In this document: positions 28,687-38,652 of the stretch, in pieces
Layout of the letters: every line of letters begins with the position of its first letter
Position numbering within the stretch: the first letter of the stretch is position 1
Assembly: GCA_051252135.1 (NCBI GenBank)
Contig: JBPOGH010000008.1
Location: 160,001 to 224,000 of the forward strand
Source: Verrucomicrobiaceae bacterium
GTDB lineage: Bacteria > Verrucomicrobiota > Verrucomicrobiia > Verrucomicrobiales > Akkermansiaceae
Direction: 5' to 3'
Length of the DNA: 64,000 nt
Program-made: the position numbers and the translations under genes
Notes under the pieces: model-generated
Seen by the model: the letters and a program-made list of their open reading frames with translations, nothing else
Databases searched by the model: none
What the model was told of the DNA's origin: nothing

Positions 28687-30543
28687 CTAGTCGTTGAACA
28701 TGGAGACGTTCTCGGCGAGGGTGCCCATGCGGAGTTCGTTGGTGCTGGATTTTTCTTTGAGGTGTTTGTCGAACCAGGTCTTGGGGATGGCTTTGGTTTC
28801 GCGGATTTGCATGAGGGTGTTGATGATCATGGCTTCGTTGGTGACGGAGAGGCCGGCGTCGAGCCCGGTGATGAGGGCCTGGACGGCGGATTGTTTGTGG
28901 CCGATGTTGTGGAGGGCGATGGCGGCCTGGGCGCGGATGAGGGGGACGGGGTCTTTGAGTCCGGCGACGATGACTTTTTCGCTGGAGGCGGCTTTTTGGC
29001 CGAGGGTGACGAGGCCGCTGTAGGCCCAGAAGCGGGCGAGGGGGCTTTTGTGGGTGGCGGCTTGTTCGAGGGCGGGTTGGCCATCGGGATCGCCTGAGGA
29101 GGCGATGAAGGCGAGGTTGAGGAGGTTGCGGCAGTCTTCTTCCGAAGCGGCGGCGGCGGTCTCCATGATGGTCTTGTCGCCGCGGACTTCGTCGAAGAGG
29201 GGTTCGGGGATGAGGCCGGTATCGCGGATGGTGAGCATGTGGCCGAGGAGTTTGTCGCGCAGGGAGGCGAGGCGCCCGGCGTGGGCGGGATCGGCGGCGA
29301 GGTTGTTGATTTCCCAGGGATCGGCCTGGGTGTCGTAGAGTTCCTCGGAGGGTTGGTTGTTTTCCCAGAGGGAGGCGTGGACGCCGGTGAGTTTTCCTTC
29401 TTTCCAGGCGTTGCGCCAGGCGGGCCAGGAGGCCATTTGGAATTGGTAGAAGGAGTAGGGGGCGGCCCAGGTGTGGGGGGTGAAGTGGCGGACGTACTTG
29501 TAGCGGTCGGTGGCGATGCCGCGGCGGAGGCCGTAGATTTCATCGAAGCGGTCGGCAAAGAGGAAGGCGTAGGGTTCTTTGGCGGGTTCTTCGCGGTTGG
29601 GGCCGAGGAAGGGGCGGCCTTGCATGTTGGGGTCGTCCTTTAGGCCGACGAGGGAGAGGAGGGTGGGGGCGAGATCGACGAAGGAGACGATTTCGTTGCT
29701 AACGGTTCCGTTTTGGAAGGTGCTGAGGTGTTTCCACTTTTCGGGGACGTGGATGATCATGGGGATGCGGACTCCGGTATCGTGGAGGTAGCGCTTGCCG
29801 CGGGGGGTGGGGCCTCCGTGGTCGCCGTAGTAGAAGATGATGGTGTTGTCTGCGAGGCCGTCCTTTTTGAGCTTGGCAAGAATGTCGCCGATCTGGGTGT
29901 CGAGGGCGGTCATGGTGTCGTGGTAGACGGCGAAGTCATGGCGCATCTCGGGGAGGTCGGGGAGGTAGGGCGGGAGCTTGAGGGTGGCGGGATCGAGGCG
30001 GGGGGTTTGGGGGATGAGGCCTTTTTTGCGGTTGGCGGCGATCTTACCGGGGAAGAGGTTGGACTCGTGGGAGATGGTGAGGTTGAAGATGGAGAAGAAG
30101 GGTTTTCCTTCGGGGCGTTTGTTGTAGTGGGCTTTGGGGGAGCAGTCGTCCCAGAGTTTCTTATCGTTGCCCTCGAAGTTGTAGTCGGTCTTGGAGGCGT
30201 TGGAGGTGTAGTAGCCGGCCTTGCGGAGGTGGGTGACGTAGGGGGTGAGGTGGGAGGGGATGGGGTGGCGGCTGCGCATGTGCTGGGTGCCCATGGTGGG
30301 GGAGGAGATGCCCATGAGGATGGTGGCGCGGGCGACGGCGCAGACGGGTGCGTTGGAGTAGGCGTGGGTGAAGCGGGTGCTGCGAGCGGCGAGGGCGTCG
30401 AGATTGGGCGTTTGGGCTTCGTCATTTCCGTAGCAGCCGAGCCAGTGGGAGGCGTTATCTTCGCTGACGATCCAGAGGATGTTGGGTTTATCGGCGGCGA
30501 GCGCGAGGGTGGGGAGCAGGAGGATGAGGAGGAAACGGATCAT
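28687..30543 (-). CDS. Exported sulfatase with C-terminal HEAT-like repeats
   Basis: KPNILWIVSED, CAVAR active-site motif, GDHG, SFVDLAPT, EELYD. Confidence 0.92.
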   Translation of the reverse strand: MIRFLLILLLPTLALAADKPNILWIVSEDNASHWLGCYGNDEAQTPNLDALAARSTRFTHAYSNAPVCAVARATILMGISSPTMGTQHMRSRHPIPSHLTPYVTHLRKAGYYTSNASKTDYNFEGNDKKLWDDCSPKAHYNKRPEGKPFFSIFNLTISHESNLFPGKIAANRKKGLIPQTPRLDPATLKLPPYLPDLPEMRHDFAVYHDTMTALDTQIGDILAKLKKDGLADNTIIFYYGDHGGPTPRGKRYLHDTGVRIPMIIHVPEKWKHLSTFQNGTVSNEIVSFVDLAPTLLSLVGLKDDPNMQGRPFLGPNREEPAKEPYAFLFADRFDEIYGLRRGIATDRYKYVRHFTPHTWAAPYSFYQFQMASWPAWRNAWKEGKLTGVHASLWENNQPSEELYDTQADPWEINNLAADPAHAGRLASLRDKLLGHMLTIRDTGLIPEPLFDEVRGDKTIMETAAAASEEDCRNLLNLAFIASSGDPDGQPALEQAATHKSPLARFWAYSGLVTLGQKAASSEKVIVAGLKDPVPLIRAQAAIALHNIGHKQSAVQALITGLDAGLSVTNEAMIINTLMQIRETKAIPKTWFDKHLKEKSSTNELRMGTLAENVSMFND

Positions 30544-30639
30544 GGTGTTGGAAAATGTGTCGGGGAGAGTGGAATTTGAAACGTAAAATGCGATGAGACG
30601 CTTTCAACCGGGGTGAATTATTGAGGGGAAGTGGCGGGC

Positions 30640-30810
30640 TCAATCATCGTCATGGCCGCCGGAGACGGCGTCGATTCCGGTTTCGGCGGCCATCCCGGCG
30701 ATTCCGAGGGTGGTGGCGGCGGTCTTCCCCACGATTTTGATCGGGGTGGTGACGAGGGAACATGAGGCGAGTAGGAAAAAGAGGGAACCGCAGGAAAGCA
30801 GGAGTGGCAT
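30640..30810 (-). CDS. Small putative lipoprotein
   Basis: Lipobox LASC; start uncertain (TTG at 30828 possible). Confidence 0.6.
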   Translation of the reverse strand: MPLLLSCGSLFFLLASCSLVTTPIKIVGKTAATTLGIAGMAAETGIDAVSGGHDDD

Positions 30811-30841
30811 TTTTGGAAGGTGGTTCAAAACGGACCGTTAA

Positions 30842-31573
30842 TCAAGGGGAGGTATTGGTGGTGGGGAGGAGTTTTGAGCGGAGCGCGGAGATCCAGATTT
30901 GGTAGCCGGCGGGATTGAGGTGGAGGCCGTCGCCGAGGTGGAGGTGGGGGAGGAGGAGGCCATTTTGGTCGGTAAATTGAGGTGAGGGCGGGAGAAATCC
31001 GGTGTGTGGGGTGGCGTCGGCGAAGGTGGCGAGCTGTTGGTTGAGGGTGGTGATTCTGGAGGTGGAAATTTTGAACGGGTGTCCGGGGGCGGAGGGATCG
31101 AGGGGGAGGATGCCGCTGATGAGGACGGGGGTGTTTGGGGGGAGGGAGGCGCGGATGGTTTTGATATTTTGGAGGGTGGCGGCGTCCTCGCGGTGGTGCA
31201 TGTCATTGATGCCGATGGCGAGGACGATGGTTTTTGCGCGTGCTAGGGAGGGGTAGTGCGGGAGGCGGTCGAGGAGGCCGGAGGTGGTGTCGCCTCCGAT
31301 GCCGTAGTTGACGGCGAGGGGGGTGACGGCGGAGACGCAGAGGCCCTGGGTGATGCTATCGCCAAGGAAGATGGTGGCTTGGTCGGGGATGGCGGGGTCC
31401 ATTTGGCGATGGTAGGAGACCATGCGCTGGTAGTGGGCGGCGTGGGGGTTTGGGTGTTCGCCGGTGAGTTTTGATTTGAGGCGCGGGAGGAAGTCGCTCT
31501 TCCAGAGGACGAGGGCGAGGAGGAGGTGGTTGATGACGAGGTATCCGGCGAGGGTTCGGTGGCGGCGACTCAT
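30842..31573 (-). CDS. GDSL/SGNH esterase
   Basis: FLGDSIT, GIGGD, GIND, DGLH. Confidence 0.88.
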   Translation of the reverse strand: MSRRHRTLAGYLVINHLLLALVLWKSDFLPRLKSKLTGEHPNPHAAHYQRMVSYHRQMDPAIPDQATIFLGDSITQGLCVSAVTPLAVNYGIGGDTTSGLLDRLPHYPSLARAKTIVLAIGINDMHHREDAATLQNIKTIRASLPPNTPVLISGILPLDPSAPGHPFKISTSRITTLNQQLATFADATPHTGFLPPSPQFTDQNGLLLPHLHLGDGLHLNPAGYQIWISALRSKLLPTTNTSP

Positions 31574-31809
31574 GGGGAGGATCAGGCTGATGATTTTGAA
31601 CCCCGGAGGTTTGCCGATCATCACAGGCCCGAACAGCATTGATTTGGGTGAGGGTGGTTTCCCGGGGGGTGGAGGCGGGGAGGGTTTTGAAAAAGAAGGG
31701 GCATTATTTTTGTCCGGCCTTGCAAGGGCTTCCCAATCCAAGGGTGACAGGACGGGGATTGGTGAACGATCCCTGCTGACTCAAAACAACAAAGCAAAAA
31801 ACAAGTACG

Positions 31810-32511
31810 ATGAAAACAGTAGTTACAATGATGGCGGCCTCGGTCGTGACAATCCAGGCAGCAGTTCTTACCGGAACGGGGACCCATTTACCGCTTCCTC
31901 CGATTCCCCATGACACGGGATACAATCATGAAGCCCCTACGATCACGACGGTGTCGGGAGGATATACCGCAACCTGGAGTTCCGCGGTAGAGGCAGCGTG
32001 GCAGGGGACTTTTTCCGGAACGGGAAGCCATCCCACCAGTGGCACTTCAGCAAACACGACGATGGATTTTTCCGGGTTACCGACCAACGTGTTGCCGATC
32101 GGTTCCCTGCTTTGGTTTGGCGATCTGGACAGTTCTTCAAATACGGTGACCCTTCGCGCCTTCGATGAGTTCGGGAACCTGATGAACGAATGGCTGAATG
32201 AGACGTCTGCAGTCTACGGGGTGGGACGGGGCCCGGGCAATAGCATCGTGCTGGAAGACCTTCCGGGATGGTCCTGGGATGCCGGAAGCAGCAGTTATTT
32301 CATTGATGGGGGCACGGTCACCGGGTTCAACCCTACGGTAAATGTCTATCTGGAAAGCAATCAGGCGATCACTTCGCTGGAAGTGCAGAAGCCGGGAACC
32401 TCTTACAACTTTGGCGTTCGCGCTCCGTTATCGGTTCCGGAGCCGAGTTCGGTGCTGTTGTCGGGGATGGGGCTTGCCTTGGGAGTGATGCGCCGGAAGC
32501 GTGTTTCATGA
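31810..32511 (+). CDS. PEP-CTERM sorting domain protein
   Basis: Signal peptide; VPEPSS, TM segment, RRKR. Confidence 0.9.
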   Translation: MKTVVTMMAASVVTIQAAVLTGTGTHLPLPPIPHDTGYNHEAPTITTVSGGYTATWSSAVEAAWQGTFSGTGSHPTSGTSANTTMDFSGLPTNVLPIGSLLWFGDLDSSSNTVTLRAFDEFGNLMNEWLNETSAVYGVGRGPGNSIVLEDLPGWSWDAGSSSYFIDGGTVTGFNPTVNVYLESNQAITSLEVQKPGTSYNFGVRAPLSVPEPSSVLLSGMGLALGVMRRKRVS

Positions 32512-32611
32512 CCGGTGGAGCGACAGAAAAGACGGGAAGGTCACTTTTGTAAAAGGTGATCTTTTCATCGTGTTTTGAGATGGCATTAATACGGCGCTTG
32601 CGAGGAGTTTG

Positions 32612-33607
32612 ATGATCGATGAGTGGGCGCCCAAGATATCCGAGGAAATGAAGAAGAGAGGGAAAACGAGGTTTGTGCGGAGGGATCACTGGGAGGATTT
32701 GTTGGCCCGTTATTCCGGGGAGGGTGATGGGTCGGTGTGGGTGGATGAGACCGGGGAGGGGCTGGAGGAGGTGTTGCGGGAGAAGTGGAAAACGGTGAAG
32801 CCGGGTGGGTTTATGGGGGGTCCGAGTTGGGGGTGCGGGCCGCTGGAGGACGGGAGGTTTGTGATGGATTCGCGGACGGGGGTGGATCGGTTTATGGCGT
32901 CGACGCCGGATGCGTCGGAGATGTTTTTGACGGACGAGCATCATCGGGGGTGGATGATTTACAAGGTTGGGGGGGTGCGGGAGCGGGTGCTTTTGGTATC
33001 GGGTTGTGATCGGCGGCAGATGAATTTTTTTGGGAAGCTGACGCAGCGGAATCATGAGTATTATGCGGCGTATCAGGGGTATGACACGCGCTGGCATCTT
33101 TGGGATGAGGAGACGTGGGGAAGGACGCGGGAGGAGCTGGTGTGGGCGAAGCTGAAGGTGGTGGCGGATGCGCTGGAGGAGGGGTGCTGGGATCAGGTGT
33201 GGTGGGTGGATGCGGATGCGGCCTTTATTAATCGGGAGCGGAGGATTGATCGTTATTTGCATCCGCGGTGTGACGGGGTGTTTGCGGAGTTTCTGCGGGA
33301 TGAGCGGGTGATGTACTCGACGGGGATCTTTGGGTGCCGGAGGGGGGCGGGACCGCTACTAAGGGCGGTGTGGGAGACGGGTGGGGTGTGCGAGGAGGAG
33401 GCGGTGACGGCGGCAGCGGTGGCGGATCCGGAGGGGTGGGGGAGGATGTTGTTGGTGAGTCACACGCTTTTTAACGGGTTCTATGGGTGGAATGTGGATT
33501 TCAGTGATCCGCCGTCGACTTTTACCTGTCATTTGGTGAGTCAAACGAATCAGACGAGGCGTTGGGTGTTTCGGGGGATTAATGAGGCGCTGGGGATTTT
33601 TGGTTAG
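32612..33607 (+). CDS. Putative glycosyltransferase, GT34 (GMA12/MNN10)-like C-terminal domain
   Basis: NHEYYA..QGY, WAKL, VWWVDADAAFIN (DxD), STGIF; start uncertain. Confidence 0.7.
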   Translation: MIDEWAPKISEEMKKRGKTRFVRRDHWEDLLARYSGEGDGSVWVDETGEGLEEVLREKWKTVKPGGFMGGPSWGCGPLEDGRFVMDSRTGVDRFMASTPDASEMFLTDEHHRGWMIYKVGGVRERVLLVSGCDRRQMNFFGKLTQRNHEYYAAYQGYDTRWHLWDEETWGRTREELVWAKLKVVADALEEGCWDQVWWVDADAAFINRERRIDRYLHPRCDGVFAEFLRDERVMYSTGIFGCRRGAGPLLRAVWETGGVCEEEAVTAAAVADPEGWGRMLLVSHTLFNGFYGWNVDFSDPPSTFTCHLVSQTNQTRRWVFRGINEALGIFG

Positions 33608-33756
33608 ATTGTCCGCTGTTTTGGAGTCTTCCCAATAGAGAGGGAGAACACTTTGTTTGTTGTCCCGAGAGATTCCCTTTTCCGCAGAACAAGCCCCGCA
33701 GGCAATCCATGCGGGAAGGGGGAGTGATCGGGGCGATGACAGGGTGTTTGATGAAG

Positions 33757-33792
33757 AAAAAGCAGCCGGAAAAAATTCCGGCTGTTTTTTTT
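33757..33792. terminator. Bidirectional-type intrinsic terminator
   Basis: AAAAAGCAGCCGGAA-AAAA-TTCCGGCTGTTTTTTTT. Confidence 0.8.
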
Positions 33793-34059
33793 GTCCGGTG
33801 GCGGCGGGGATTCCCAAGAAGGTGGTGGAAGGCGATCCTTACCTTCGGCCAATTAGTTGCTTTTGCAGCGGGGGGTGGGGTCGCCGACCCAAGATGTCCG
33901 TGGATCGGGCCACTGGGAATGGGCTGCGCGTTTTCACTCCGCGCGGGACTTATTTCCAGTGGCTTAGGCGGAAGATGATTTTGGTTGGGACCAATTTGTG
34001 GGGATTCCACGCTTTGTCCTGCCTTTTGGGAGAGTACTTGATATATCTGTTAGACGACT

Positions 34060-36453
34060 ATGACGAGATCGGGAGATTCACATTGTCAATCCTGCGGGGC
34101 TCCGTTGGATCCGACGGTGTTGGGCGGGTCGTGTCCGGCGTGTGTGTGGGCGGGGTTGATTGGGGGGGAGGAGGAGGAACGAAAATCGCTGGAGGATGCG
34201 CCGGAGGTGGAGGGGTATGAGATTTTGGAGGAGATTGGTCAGGGTGGGATGGGGGTGGTGTATCGGGCGCGGCAGGAGACGCCAGCGCGTGAGGTGGCTC
34301 TTAAAATGGTGGCGCCTTATTCGCTGCGTGCGGCGCAGGCGAGGGAGCGATTTTTACTGGAGGTGGAGGCGATGGCGGCGGTGGAGCATCCGGGGCTGTT
34401 GCCGCTGTATGATGCAGGGGAGGATCGGCACGGGCGGCCTTGGTTGACGATGCAGCTGGCGCAGGGTGGGTCGCTGGCGGACCGGATCACGAGTTACAGC
34501 GGGAAGTGGAAGGAGAGTGCGCGGTTGGTGACCAAGCTGTGTGAGGCGATGCACTTTGCGCACGAGCGCGGGATTTTGCATCGGGATTTGAAGCCGGCGA
34601 ATATTCTCTTTGATCGTGAGGATCATGTTTACATTGCGGATTTTGGTCTGGCGAAGTGGGCGGAGGGTGACAGCGGGTTGACGCATCAGTCGTCGATGTT
34701 GGGATCGCCGGCGTATCTGGCACCGGAGGCGGCGCGGGAGGGATCGAAGAGGACGACGACGGTGAGTGATGTGTATGGATTGGGAGCGGTGCTGTATGAA
34801 TTGTTGGTGGGGGCGAAGCCGTATGAGGGGAGTCAGCCGGCGGAGGTGCTGACGCAGATTTTGGACGGTTCGCCGCTGGCACCGAGGAAGCGGTTGAAGA
34901 ATATTCCGCGTGATTTGGAGGTGATTGTGTTGAAGGCGATGGCGCGGGAGCCGGAGAGGCGGTATCACTCGGCGGCGGCGTTTGCAGAGGATTTGGGCTT
35001 GTGGCTGGAGGGGAAGGCGATCCGGGCGCGGCCGGTGGGGTTGGTGGAGCGGGGAGTGATATGGGTGCGGCGGAATCCGGCGGTGGCGACCTTGTCGGTG
35101 TTGTTTTTGGGGAGTTTGGTGACGGGAGGGGTGTTGCTTTGGAGGTCGAACCAGGAGCTGACGGCATCGCTGGACGATGTGGAGGGGCGGGTGGAGTTCA
35201 TGACGCGGGAGCTGCCGGCCTCGCTGGCACCGGTGGGTCGGATGGATGTGTTGGATGAGGTGTTTTTGAATGTTTCGGAGTACTTTGAGAAGAGCCGGCG
35301 GAAGGATGCGGAGAGTCTGGCGCGGCATGCCGATTTTTTAACGCAATGGGCCCATACGCTGAAGGACCGGGGTCAGACCGAGACGATGATCGGGCGGCTG
35401 GAGCAGGCGGTGGCGAAGGCGGATGAGGCGGTGGCGGCGGGGGAGCCGACGGTGCGGGTGGCGAGGGCACGGGTAGCGGCGGGTTGGAGGTTGGGGGAGG
35501 TGTTGATTTATTCGGGGGTGAACGTGAACGCAGCGGATCCATCGCTTCTGAAGAGGGCGCGGGAGGTGCTGAATGAGACGGTGGAATTTGCGGAGGAGTT
35601 CGAGTTTGATGATTTAAGATATCGGGTGCTGAAGGCGCAGCTGGCATCGGAGCTGACGGTTCTGGAGACCGAGGCGAGGGAGACGAAAACGGCGGTGGGG
35701 TATGGTGAGCGGGCGCGGGTGATGTGGGGTGAACTGCAGCCATTGCTGGAGGCGGACGGGGAATCGAAACACGCGCAGTTGGCGCTGATGGCGGCGGCGG
35801 ATGTGCATTTGTATTTGGGGCAGGCGTATCATTACAACGGTGATGCCAAGGAGGGGGGGGTGTCGTTTGGCGATTGGATGGAGGCGCGCCGGAAGTTGGC
35901 GGAGGGTGATCCGGGGAATCCTGTTCTTCGGAGGAATTATGCGCATGCGCGGCGGCTCTCGATCGAGTGGGGCGGGGTGGTGGGTGCGGAGGGCGCGCGG
36001 GTTTTGGGCGAGGTGGATGAGGAGTATGAATTTTTGATGTCGCGGGATCCGGCGAATGTGGTTTGGCGGACCGAGGCGGTGGCGATTGCCCGTCTGTTGG
36101 CGGAGAATGCGCGGGGTCAGGGAGATGAGAAGGGTTACCTGAGGTGGATGGAGGTGGTGGCGGAGCGCCTGTTGCCGTTGTATAAAATGGAGGGAACGAC
36201 ATTTCTGAAGATGCTGACGATCCGGCGGCATGAGGCGGCGCATTGCGGGTTGGCTTTTGAATCGGTTGATTGGGCGAAGGCGTTTTTGCACTTCGATGCA
36301 TCGGTGCGGACCCAGGTCAGGATTGCGGGGCTGATGGGGGAGGCGGAGGAGGCGCGATTGGGACGGATGGTGGGTCGGGTGAAAGTGAAGATCGAGGATC
36401 ATGAAGGAAGCGAGGCCGCTGAGAAGTGGGCCAAAAAATATCAAACGAACTAG
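34060..36453 (+). CDS. Hanks-type Ser/Thr protein kinase with N-terminal Zn ribbon, TM helix and TPR-like C-terminus
   Basis: CQSC...CPAC, GQGGMG, VALK, HRDLKPAN, DFGLA, YLAPE, DVYGLG. Confidence 0.95.
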   Translation: MTRSGDSHCQSCGAPLDPTVLGGSCPACVWAGLIGGEEEERKSLEDAPEVEGYEILEEIGQGGMGVVYRARQETPAREVALKMVAPYSLRAAQARERFLLEVEAMAAVEHPGLLPLYDAGEDRHGRPWLTMQLAQGGSLADRITSYSGKWKESARLVTKLCEAMHFAHERGILHRDLKPANILFDREDHVYIADFGLAKWAEGDSGLTHQSSMLGSPAYLAPEAAREGSKRTTTVSDVYGLGAVLYELLVGAKPYEGSQPAEVLTQILDGSPLAPRKRLKNIPRDLEVIVLKAMAREPERRYHSAAAFAEDLGLWLEGKAIRARPVGLVERGVIWVRRNPAVATLSVLFLGSLVTGGVLLWRSNQELTASLDDVEGRVEFMTRELPASLAPVGRMDVLDEVFLNVSEYFEKSRRKDAESLARHADFLTQWAHTLKDRGQTETMIGRLEQAVAKADEAVAAGEPTVRVARARVAAGWRLGEVLIYSGVNVNAADPSLLKRAREVLNETVEFAEEFEFDDLRYRVLKAQLASELTVLETEARETKTAVGYGERARVMWGELQPLLEADGESKHAQLALMAAADVHLYLGQAYHYNGDAKEGGVSFGDWMEARRKLAEGDPGNPVLRRNYAHARRLSIEWGGVVGAEGARVLGEVDEEYEFLMSRDPANVVWRTEAVAIARLLAENARGQGDEKGYLRWMEVVAERLLPLYKMEGTTFLKMLTIRRHEAAHCGLAFESVDWAKAFLHFDASVRTQVRIAGLMGEAEEARLGRMVGRVKVKIEDHEGSEAAEKWAKKYQTN

Positions 36454-36457
36454 AGCG

Positions 36458-37147
36458 ATGACGAATCCCCCGAATGAAGAAACACTCCGGCTGGAGGTGC
36501 CCCGGCATCTGCAGGATTTTAACGGTTACTGCGGTCCGGCCTGCGCGCTGATGGTGGTGGATGCGACGGGAAGCGCCAAGGAGCCTCCGGTGCTGGCGCA
36601 GAATGATTTTTTTCGGGAGATTCGCGGGTATGCGAAGGAGATGAAGGACCGGAGGGCGGTGAAGTCTCCTGCGGAGAGTCTTTTAAAATTGGTGAATGAT
36701 CACACGGCGGGAGAGAAGAAGTGGAAGAAGGTTTTTCTGGCGGAATCGGGGCCGGTGGCGGCGTTGATTTTTGAGGCGATCGAGAAGGTGGGTCGGCCCT
36801 GCATGATGCTGGTGAGCAAGGGGATGCATTGGGTGGTGGCCTTTGGGAGGATGAGGAAGAATGATGGTTCGGTGGGCGGTTTGTTGCTGCGTGATCCGGC
36901 CTGGGCGGGGATGCCGCGCTTTTTTGGGTTGTCGATTTTTCCGGAGAAGCCGGCGATTGAGCACAGTCATTCGCCCTGCAAATGTCTGGAGGAGAAGAAT
37001 CCTCCGGGGACGGTTCATGAGCGTTATGTGACGATGGAGGAGCTGCTGAGTCCGCGGGGTTTGCAGGGGTCGCCGGACTGGGAGGGTCGGGGTGCGATTG
37101 CGCTGATTCCGGAAGAACTCGTCGTAGAATCAAGCAATGAACACTGA
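36458..37147 (+). CDS. Papain-fold cysteine peptidase, C39-like
   Basis: Q-x5-C in LQDFNGYCGPAC, His in HWVV, Asp in RDP; no signal peptide. Confidence 0.8.
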   Translation: MTNPPNEETLRLEVPRHLQDFNGYCGPACALMVVDATGSAKEPPVLAQNDFFREIRGYAKEMKDRRAVKSPAESLLKLVNDHTAGEKKWKKVFLAESGPVAALIFEAIEKVGRPCMMLVSKGMHWVVAFGRMRKNDGSVGGLLLRDPAWAGMPRFFGLSIFPEKPAIEHSHSPCKCLEEKNPPGTVHERYVTMEELLSPRGLQGSPDWEGRGAIALIPEELVVESSNEH

Positions 37148-38648
37148 AGAGATCAAAGCAGCGGCATTGAGTGAAGTGCGTGATCATGGATTGTATGGTC
37201 GTGCGGATTCGCCACGGGAGTGGGAGGAGGCGCTGAATGGGGCAACGGCGGGGGAGCCGGTTTTGGTGAAGGATCCGGATGATCCGAGGGATGATTTTTA
37301 TTTGGTGCCATTGAATCCGGCCAACAAGTTGGCGCGGCGCGGGGTGTGGGTGATGCTGGACCCGGAGACACTTCAGTTGCGTGAGGCGTCGTTGTTGAAC
37401 GATTGGAAAGCGGCGGCTTTTCCGGACGAGAAGGATGTCCGGCAGGTGTCTGAGAACTTGATCAAGCTGCCGGATGGAACGGTGGCGCGATTTGGGGCGG
37501 AGCAACTGAAGCCGAACGTGAAGAATTTGGTATGGAAGGCATCGGCTGCGACGATTCTCCCTTATTGGCCGGTGAAAGAACTTCTGGCTCCGCATCCGGT
37601 GACAGGGGTGCAGACGCCGATTTACGTGACGCAGGAGGGTGAGATTTTTACGAGCTTGAGTCCGGATGAACCGGAGACGGTGGAGAAGGTCACGACCGAG
37701 ACCCAGCCGACCGAGAGCAAGGTGCAACCGGGAGCAAAGGGTGGCTCCGGCTTGGTGACGAAGCTACTGGCGATTGCGACGATTCCCTTGATGGCGGTTG
37801 CTGGGTATCAGGAGGTTCAGAAGAACAAGCTGTCCGGAGATCGAGATGGATTGACCGATAAAATTGAACTTTTGGATGAGAAAATTTCAGCCAGAGACGA
37901 GACGATTGGAAATTTGGAGAAAAGAATCAGAGGGCTCATTGAGAAGAACAATGACGAAGAATTGAAGAGGGTGAGGAACGAATTGGCGAAAACGAAGAAG
38001 GATTTGGAAACGACGACCAGTGAGCGGGACGATTGGAAGAAACAGAAGGATGACCTTTTTGAGACTTCGAGGAAGGTGGAGAAAGATTTGAGAGATCAAA
38101 TTGCGAACCTTCAGGGTGATCTGGGGAATGCACTCAAGAATGGCAAGGAGTACAAGAGACTCGCGGATGAGAATGCGAAGTTGTTGGAGGAGAAAGAGAA
38201 CGAGCTCAAGGAGCTTGGAGGGGATCGGGATCAATGGAAGAAGAAGCATGATGATCTCAAGAAGAACGAAGGCACCCTGGTAAAGTCACTTGAGGATCAG
38301 GTGAGAGGGAAGGATGGAGAAATCCAGAAGTTGAAAGATCAATTGGATCAATGGAAGAGGATGGTGGATGACGTGTCGAAGGACCGGGATGTTTGGAAAA
38401 AGAGAGCCGAGGACCTGTCGAAGAAGGGGGGAGGCAAGGGGGGAGGCAAGGGGGGAGGATATCAGAACGATGTTCTGGTTCCGGATCCCGAACCAATGGA
38501 TGTCCGGATTGCCGGGTTGATGGAGCAGAGGAGGCTTTTGGTGGAGAAAATGAACAAGAATCCGAAGAGCCGGGATCAGGTGAAGTGGCGGATCGAACTT
38601 GGGCTTCTTGACAGAACGATCAACACCCTGAGGAACACCAAACGATAA
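37137..38648 (+). CDS. Hypothetical protein: N-terminal globular domain, TM helix, long coiled coil
   Basis: 503 aa; TM LLAIATIPLMAVAGY; E/K/L-rich heptads; overlaps the peptidase stop by 11 nt. Confidence 0.8.
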   Translation: MNTEEIKAAALSEVRDHGLYGRADSPREWEEALNGATAGEPVLVKDPDDPRDDFYLVPLNPANKLARRGVWVMLDPETLQLREASLLNDWKAAAFPDEKDVRQVSENLIKLPDGTVARFGAEQLKPNVKNLVWKASAATILPYWPVKELLAPHPVTGVQTPIYVTQEGEIFTSLSPDEPETVEKVTTETQPTESKVQPGAKGGSGLVTKLLAIATIPLMAVAGYQEVQKNKLSGDRDGLTDKIELLDEKISARDETIGNLEKRIRGLIEKNNDEELKRVRNELAKTKKDLETTTSERDDWKKQKDDLFETSRKVEKDLRDQIANLQGDLGNALKNGKEYKRLADENAKLLEEKENELKELGGDRDQWKKKHDDLKKNEGTLVKSLEDQVRGKDGEIQKLKDQLDQWKRMVDDVSKDRDVWKKRAEDLSKKGGGKGGGKGGGYQNDVLVPDPEPMDVRIAGLMEQRRLLVEKMNKNPKSRDQVKWRIELGLLDRTINTLRNTKR

Positions 38649-38652
38649 GGGA

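Noticed and set aside
33684..33815. GCAGAACAAGCC..., resembling the start of a second attC
   Set aside because: No matching right arm with a correctly spaced GTT core.
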